Of a stretch of DNA of 64,000 nt, positions 54,931 through 64,000 are shown piece by piece (the stretch's first letter is position 1; the number at the start of each line of letters is the position of its first letter). The notes beneath the pieces are model-generated. The model had not been told where the DNA came from, did no database searches, and saw only the letters and a list, made by a program, of their open reading frames with translations. This DNA is from the human T2T-CHM13v2.0 reference genome, Homo sapiens: the NCBI RefSeq assembly GCF_009914755.1, contig NC_060928.1. One strand, given 5' to 3'. The translations under genes and the position numbers were made by a program.

Positions 54931-57049
54931 AGTATCTTTTTTTCTTCCTTTTACTTGTGGAAGATCCATCTTAGATTAGGCTGATTTTCTTACTCATTCC
55001 ACTATTCACATAAGGTTAACCCTTGGCATCAATTTCTCAACGTTCAGACTCCTTTTCTCGGCAGATCTGAAATTAGTCTGCTTACAATACAGATTTTCAG
55101 AAATTTTGGTTGGCCAGATCTTCTAGGAATTTAACAGAGTTGAAAATTCTTGTAGGCTTATCAAACTACAATTTAAATATATTTTTAAAAAGCTTTTCTT
55201 TGTTGAATAGTCTAAGCAGGAGTATTATAAGTTGCAAACTGATTAAATACTGCTGGATATCTGAAGGCAAATGTTTTTTATGGAAAATGTAATAGAGGTA
55301 CTAAAGTCTTTTATACAAGGGAGGGTTATCAGAATATGCTTAAAGTCACCTAAAGTTTCTCAACTGAATGAATAAATTATTTTATTTTTTTTCTAGAGCA
55401 AAACCAACTCTTGACCACAAACTAATGAGGCTTTTGAGTTTGAAGTCAGAGTTCACATCTTTTGTAATAATTTTTCACATAGACTACTTATTACATGATA
55501 AAATAAAAATACTACTTATTGAATGATTATGAAATGGCTACAAATGTTAACTCTTCAGATTTACTATATCAGCATTAGTGAGTCATATGTATTTGTATAA
55601 TAATTATTTACCTATTAAATAATACTATGTTTCCATTCATTTAATTGAAAAGTAAGTAATTTTAAAAGCAGGAACAATTGAAAGGTAAAATGGGTGGAGT
55701 TCAGTTACGTAAGAGCTGTCAGAGAACAGTCTACTATTGGAAGCAACAGAAACCACAGTTGATTACACAGTAATTCCTCCTTTAAAGAGAACTATTACTA
55801 ATCTTAGCTATTATGCTATAGGAATATTAGAGACTATTCACTTCGTCAAATCATCTCATTTTTGAGATGGCAAAGCTATTGAAAAATAATGTGCTGCTTG
55901 GATATCAGTTTATATTATTGAGTACTGTCATGTATTTTGGTTTCACATGCTTATGCTTTTCTAAATTTATATTTGACCTTTTTCCTTGTTCAGTTATCCA
56001 TGTTTTTGTAAAAATAATTGGGAAAACATATTTTAAAGAATGTCTTTTCTTTTTATTTTGACAGGTTCTTCATGATATTCACATTAGAAAAGATATCTGC
56101 GACTGGTATATTTGGAAAATGTTATACATGATAACAATGAAGAAAGAAATACAGCAGACTAGATATTTAGTGATCATGTAATCAAATGTAAACTGCTACT
56201 TTGTTTCTTTCTAAAGCTTTCTTTAGGTTCTAATTTCAAATTACATTTTAAAAAGTGTTGAACTAATGACACTATTTTTATCATTTTGGATCTCTTAAAT
56301 ATATAATTTTCATTATAAGTGCCTGCTATTTCTTAAAATATATGGTACAGTGTAAGCACTTTGAGTACATGGACTTTAATTTCTTTTGTCATTCTATATC
56401 TAAAATTTAGACAGATACCTGACAAGTATTTGAAATTAATGTACTGTTATTGAATGAATGCATGGATAAAGGAAGATTAATTTATAGACACAGTTAACAG
56501 TTTTGCCAATACATTGACTTATATTAGAATAATAAATTTTATACAATAGTTTCATTTAACTGCCTTCATCTGTTTAAGGACATGTGTATTTAATGCATGA
56601 ATATTCCGTTTTGTAAGGCGTTTATGTAGATAGAAATGCAAACTTTTATACATTGGCAAAGTGCCAATATCAATATCAACAAGTATTTATCAGGCATCTA
56701 CAATGTGTTCCTTACTGAGTCAGCTCTTTGTGATGCCTGCCAGACAATCCTAGGGGAGAAGAAATAAAAACTCAGTGTCTTGGTAAGTAGCTATGTGCTA
56801 CCTAAACAAAAACGTTTCTCTACTCTTTGTAAACCTGCTTTTTCTTCATTCAACATTTATTGTCTACCATGTGTACCACTGATACTGATTTTTTAGTAAT
56901 ATTTTATTTTATCTATTCTAATTTATAGCCTTTTACCACAGAAACAGGTCAAGCATAATAAATGCATGAAAACCCAGAATTGCTATCTAAATCAATTTTT
57001 CCATTTATTTATTTATGTATTGGATTTTGTTTATTGGAATAATAATTAG

Positions 57050-57280
57050 TAAGCTACTAATTATATGAATTATACTAAGCTACTCATTATATGACTACTA
57101 CTACATATCAGGTATTGTTTCAGGCACCAGAAATACATCAATAAAGTAAAGAGATAGGGACCTTGCTGTGGATATATATTTTTTATTCTAACTGAGGATA
57201 TAGATATTAAACAATAACCACAGCAAATAGAAAAATTATAAAAAATCACAGAAGAAGATAAATGCTTTAGAGAAAAGAAA
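57050..57280 (-). mobile_element. L2 3' fragment
   Basis: CTACTACATATCAGGTATTGTTTCAGGCAC..GATAAATGCTTTAGAGAAAA. Confidence 0.6.
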
Positions 57281-57289
57281 AATTCAGAA

Positions 57290-60200
57290 CTTCTGCCTTT
57301 TTTAAAAGCAGGCTAAATACTGCTGAAGGAGCCCTTCCACAGCTAGAGAACAGCGAGCACATTTGGATAACATATTTGTTTAAAAACAGGCTGGAAAGCA
57401 TAGGAGAATTAAAAAGAGCAGTGAAAAATTATGGGGCTAAAATTCAAGGAAGAAAGTCTAGAAAAGGGACCCACTACTTAGGTCATTCTTTTTCCCAAGA
57501 GACTCTAAAGGGTAGACAAGAAGTTGAAAACCTAAGCCAATTTTTTGGCAGCAAGGGGATGGAAATAGGAATCCAGGGCCTTTCAAAGAGAAGCTGTCTT
57601 AAGGCTGCAAAGTGTTATCTCTAAGAGTAACAACAAGAGGTGAAGCCTAACTTCAGATACCTATACTTGTTAAAGGTGATGCTGGATTGCTAATGTGTCT
57701 GGATCACTGGAAATTACAAGAAATTTTCTCTGTGAAAAAACATAAACCCATCAAAAATCTCAAATTTCTTCTACAATATTTAATATATAATTTCTTTGCC
57801 TTGGTGAAAAATAATCAGGCATACCAGGTTACAAGTCAACATGATAGAAAAATTAAGTAAAATAAAAACTGATTCAAAGACAATATAGAACATAGACTTT
57901 AAAATGACTACTAATTATGTTTTTTTTAAATTAAATATTTGGCAGAGTCTTAAAATTCTGAAATTCTTCAACTGTAGTACCCTACAACTAATATTAATAA
58001 CTGAAGGAATAGGTTTAATAGCATAATATTACAGCTAATGAGAGAATTAGTGAATTGAAGCATAAATCAGAAAATAGTTCAAAATAAAGCATAAAAATTT
58101 AATAAAAAACATGAAAGAAATACAAAGGATAGACTGAAAAGTTCTAACTGAAGTTTGATTCCCAGAAAAAGTGCATAAAAGAACGATACAGAAACAAGAC
58201 GAAAGCCATAATCACTGAGATTTTTTCAGAAATTATAAAATAAATCAAAGATCAGATTTACTCTTCACCAAGGAGGAACAATGCAAAGAAATGAACAGCT
58301 AGACACAACACATCAAAACTGCTGAAATATAAAGAAAAATAGAATATCCTAAGGAAATTAGAAAAAAAGAGAAATGTTACTATTGAAGAACAATTTAGAT
58401 AGCTGACTTCTCAAAACAAAAGGGAAAAGTTATAAGCCAAAACAATGAGACAGTATCTTCAGTAAACGGAACTAACATTGGCTAAACAAGCTTTCTATAA
58501 TTAATGAAAGATTCTGTAAGAATAAAGGCAAATAAAGGTAATCACAAAACAGGAAATTATTTATTAGTAGACACACTAAGGAAAGGCGTAGATTTTCTTA
58601 AGGATAAAGGAAAAAGCCAGATGAAAGCTCAGACACAAAGAAAAAAAATCAATACTAACGATTTAAGTCTGAATGAATATTAATAAAAACTAATGAACAA
58701 TTTTATTAGACATACGTATTATTAAAGTAGAAGGAAATAGCCTATGATTACAATTATATAGGACATGGTGAAGTTAAATCATTCTGATTACTAACACTCT
58801 CCAGGAAGTGATAAAATAGAAATTTACCATAGACTTTGTTGAGTCAGGAATACATGCTGCCATACTTGGGGTAACCAATTAAATAGTGTATAGTTATTAC
58901 ACAGAAAGAAATAGAAAATGAAGTTTTTAAAAAACACATATTTAAAAAATTATAAAAAGATAAAGGAATACAGATACAATGAGAAAAGAAGAAAGCAATA
59001 GGAAGATTATGGACTTAAAACCAAATATATCAGGATTTATGTTGAATAAACTTGGATTATATGCTAAAAATAAAACATAAGTGTGGATTGACTGAATAAA
59101 AATGTAGGTAAGAACTTGTTCCTTATAAAAACACATTTAAATACGAATATATAAAAGGTGACAAGTAAAAGGATGAAAAACATCGGCAAAAAATATTCAC
59201 CAAATAAAGGCACATATAGCTATAATAGTATCAGATGAAATAGATCTTGATGCCAAAAATTTACTAGACAGAAAGAGGAGCACCTAAAAATGAGTTTATC
59301 ACTAAGATAATCAGTCTAAGTTTTTATGTCTCAATGTACCTTCAACAACATTTCACTTTTAAGTATATTTGCCATAGATATTTTCTGAGATGGTCTTTTT
59401 CTGCTCTTACTTTACCAAGTTTTATTTTATTTTATTTTTCAGAATAGATGCTGAGGTGTTAAGCTATTTCAATTTGCAGAAGATTGACATTTTATAATTC
59501 TCTGACCATAATTAAGATAAAAATCAATAATAGAAAAGTGACAAAAATAAGACAAAATATTCTAAACAGGATAAATAACACGTGACTCAAGATAAAAATT
59601 ATAATAGACATTAACAAATATATTGAGTTACCCAATAATTAAAATACTATATGCCAAGATTTATGGGAAATAGTTAAAGCTATGTCAGAAATTTGTAACT
59701 TACACTGCATAGGAAAAAAATGGGAAACTAACGAAGTTAAGCATCAATCTGATAAAGTTAGAAACAAAAGTACATTAAAGAAATTAGAAGAAAAAGACAG
59801 TAAAATAAGAACATAAATATGAAATTTCAAAACAAATATTTAGTGAAGATTAACAAAATGTGATTTGTAAGATTAATAAAATATATAAACACCTGACAAG
59901 ATTGATAAAACATCAAAAGTTATGGAACAAATAATTAGCATTATAACTCAAAAAGGAAGCATCCTGGCAGGTAATAGACATTAAAGGTTACAGGAGGATT
60001 TTATAAACTACTTTATGCTGATAAATATAAGTTAGATAAAATGGTTAAATTAGTATTAAAATGTCATCAATATATAATCTAAATAGTCCTACATTTGCTA
60101 AACTAATTAAAATTTAACTCAATTCTTAATTAAAGAAACAAAAATTTATAAAATAACCTGTAAGTCCATTTGGCATAATGAATGATTTTTAGCGAACATT

Positions 60201-60470
60201 TAAGAAATAAATAATGCCAAAAATATACAAATTCTTACTGACACTAAAAAAAAAAGAGCAATATTATACTTCCCAAAATGTTTATGAGGCCAGCATAATT
60301 CTATCAAAAACAACTAAGATATTAAAATAATAAAAAATTAAAAGATAGTATTATTAATACATGCATGCATATGCTAATTTCATTAAGTGCTATCAATCAA
60401 TGTGGCTAATCAGTTGACCATATTAACAGAATATAGGATATAAATATATAATCATTTGAATAGATCTCAT
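57290..60470 (+). mobile_element. Highly decayed old L1 (L1ME/L1M-type) 5'/ORF1/ORF2 remnant
   Basis: A-rich strand bias; CTAGACACAACATCAAAACTGCTGAAA, TCTCTGACCATAAT (SDH motif), TTTATGAGGCCAGCATAA. Confidence 0.7.
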
Positions 60471-60604
60471 CATCTCAATCTCCATTTATAATTACAACAA
60501 AAATAAACTGTAAAGAGTAGAAGGTTATTTCATAAAACATGTCCAGCAAATATAGAATAGTAGTAATGAAGGTGGCTAGAAAAGGTAAAATAAGGGATCT
60601 CTTT

Positions 60605-61392
60605 TTGTTGAATGTGTTTGTTTTTTTAAAGTATAACATACAAAAACATATAAAGGTCATAAATGTACCGTTTAATAATTTTTAACAAAGTAAACATTTC
60701 TATGGAACTAGAACCCATATAGAGAACTAGAACTCTGCCAGTCACCTTCCAATTGCTTGCCCTTGGAAGGTGAATCAGTATCTGAATTTTAACGATATAC
60801 AATATATTTGTCTATTTTTAAACTTTATATAAATGATATGATGCAGTGTGTTTCTAATTTATGTTACTCAACATTATGTTTGAAAATATTATGTATGCTA
60901 CTGCCTATAGTTGAAGTCTGTTCATTTTATTTTAATGGCTTTATATTATCCTTTTGTTTGTGAATAGAGTACTACACTTAACAGTCCTATTGCTAGTGGG
61001 CATTGGAGTTGCTTTCAATTTGGGGTTATTGTCAAGAATTCTGCTATGATTATAGATGTAAATCCTTTTGGGTGAATACATGTACACATTTTTATCATGT
61101 ATATTCTAAGAGTAAATTTCTGGATCATAATGTATGCATGTTTCAAACTTCAGTAAATGTTGTCAAATGCTTTCTAAAAATTTGTACAAATTCATTTTAC
61201 TAGTAGTACAAGAGCATTCTAATTTCTCCATCTCCTCAGCCACAGTTAGTACTGCCTGACTTTTTATATCTTAGTCATTCATCTGTGTGGGCATTAAAAA
61301 ATATGGTGTTTTAATTAGTGTGTTTCCAAAGGCTATTATAGTTTTGCATTTTTTTCAATTTTATAGAACATTTGTATGTCCTCTTCAGAAAA
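60605..61392 (-). mobile_element. Old L1ME-type 3' region
   Basis: TTTTAAAGTATAACATACA..TACTCAACATTATGTTTGA..GTGGGCATTGGAGTTG..TTCTCCATCTCCTCAGCCA. Confidence 0.75.
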
Positions 61393-61394
61393 TT

Positions 61395-61540
61395 TGTCAG
61401 AGGTGTTTGAACCAGAGTGACTCCATCTTGAATAGGGCTGGGTAAAATAAGGCTGAGACCTACTGGGCTGCATTCCTAGGAGAATAAGGCATTTAGTCAC
61501 AGGATGAGATAGGAGGTCAGCACAAGATACAGGTCACAAG
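61395..61540 (+). mobile_element. MER41 (A/B) LTR, 5' 146 bp only
   Basis: TGTCAGAGGTGTTTGAACCAGAGTGACTCCATCTTGAATAGGG..GAGACCTACTGGGCTGCATTCC. Confidence 0.9.
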
Positions 61541-61818
61541 TATCGGGGAACCTGTCCCGATAGTCACGTAGGTTCTTTTTTATTTTCCCTAAGTGTCTGC
61601 CGGTTTGAGAAATAAAGGGACAGAGTACAAAAGAGAGAAATTTTAAAGCTGGGTATCCGGGGGAGACATCACATGTCAGTAGGTTCTGTGATGCTCCACA
61701 AGCCGCAAAACCAGTAAGTTTTTATTAGGGATTTTCAAAAGGGAAGGGAGTGTACGAATAGGGTGTGGGTCACAAAGATCATGTACTTCACAAGGTAACA
61801 GAATATCACAAGGCAAAT
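61541..61818 (-). mobile_element. MER11 LTR (HERV-K HML-8), 3' 278 bp only
   Basis: TATCGGGGAACCTG..CACGTAGGTTCTTTT..GAGAAATAAAG..CAGAGTACAAAAGAGAGAAATTTTAAAGCTGGG. Confidence 0.88.
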
Positions 61819-61932
61819 ATTAACACTGTGTGTTGGGCACAATTCTATTCTAAAAATGTTATATCGTCTATAACTAGTAATTGATTTTATATTTATAATC
61901 ACTATGAGGCAAATAATACTTCTAAAAATAAA

Positions 61933-63697
<1,765 letters not shown>

Positions 63698-63699
63698 CA

Positions 63700-63945
63700 G
63701 AAGTTTTATCTCTCAAGTTTTTTAATACATCATTTTACCCTCTCTCAGCCTACAAGGTTTCTGCTGAGAAATCCACTGATATTCTTATGAGGGGTCTATA
63801 ATATATGTTGAGTTGCTTTTCTCTTGCAACTTTCAAAATTCTCTCATCTTTGATTTTTGACAATTTAATCATAATTTGTCTAGTTTTAGATCTTTTAAAA
63901 TTCAATTTGGTAAACTTTGGGGCTCATGGATCTGCATGTCGATTT
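63700..63945 (-). mobile_element. Older L1 ORF1-region fragment
   Basis: GCCTACAAGGTTTCTGCTGAGAAATCCACTGAT..TTGCTTTTCTCTTGC..TTTCAAAATTCTCTC, homologous to 40315-40430 of the L1MA. Confidence 0.75.
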
Positions 63946-64000
63946 CTGTAGTTGGGTGAGGCTGCTGCCCAGGACTTGAGATTAAATTGATCTACTATCT

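Overview
This is AT-rich, CpG-depleted primate nuclear DNA, probably catarrhine given the AluY, LTR12, MER11 and MER9 copies; the species cannot be fixed by eye. It reads as gene desert or deep intron, and most of it is recognisable transposable-element sequence. The main elements are Alus (J, S, Y), MIR/L2/L3 relics, a TSD-bounded, apparently full-length L1MA (35.4-43.4 kb), an L1MD, two L1PA fragments, a complete THE1D provirus, MER34, MER52, LTR12, MER9, MER41 and MER11 LTRs, a decayed ERVL-type pol, and Tigger/hAT DNA-transposon fossils. I find no credible host protein-coding gene, tRNA/rRNA or CRISPR array. The long ORFs are repeat-derived, and I cannot support a novel biological system. 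The most unusual signals are small-scale: an LTR12 that keeps a tRNA-Lys PBS and a second LTR-like terminus inside its TSD, a THE1 LTR carrying an inverted piece of THE1 internal sequence, an inverted MER34 pair, a fold-back hairpin in L1 ORF2, an exact 30-bp copy 925 bp away, an (AAGGG)11 tract in an Alu tail, a candidate 96-nt exon and a cluster of truncation junctions near 61.4-63.7 kb. Family names come from recalled consensus sequences, not a database search, and boundaries of old elements are approximate.
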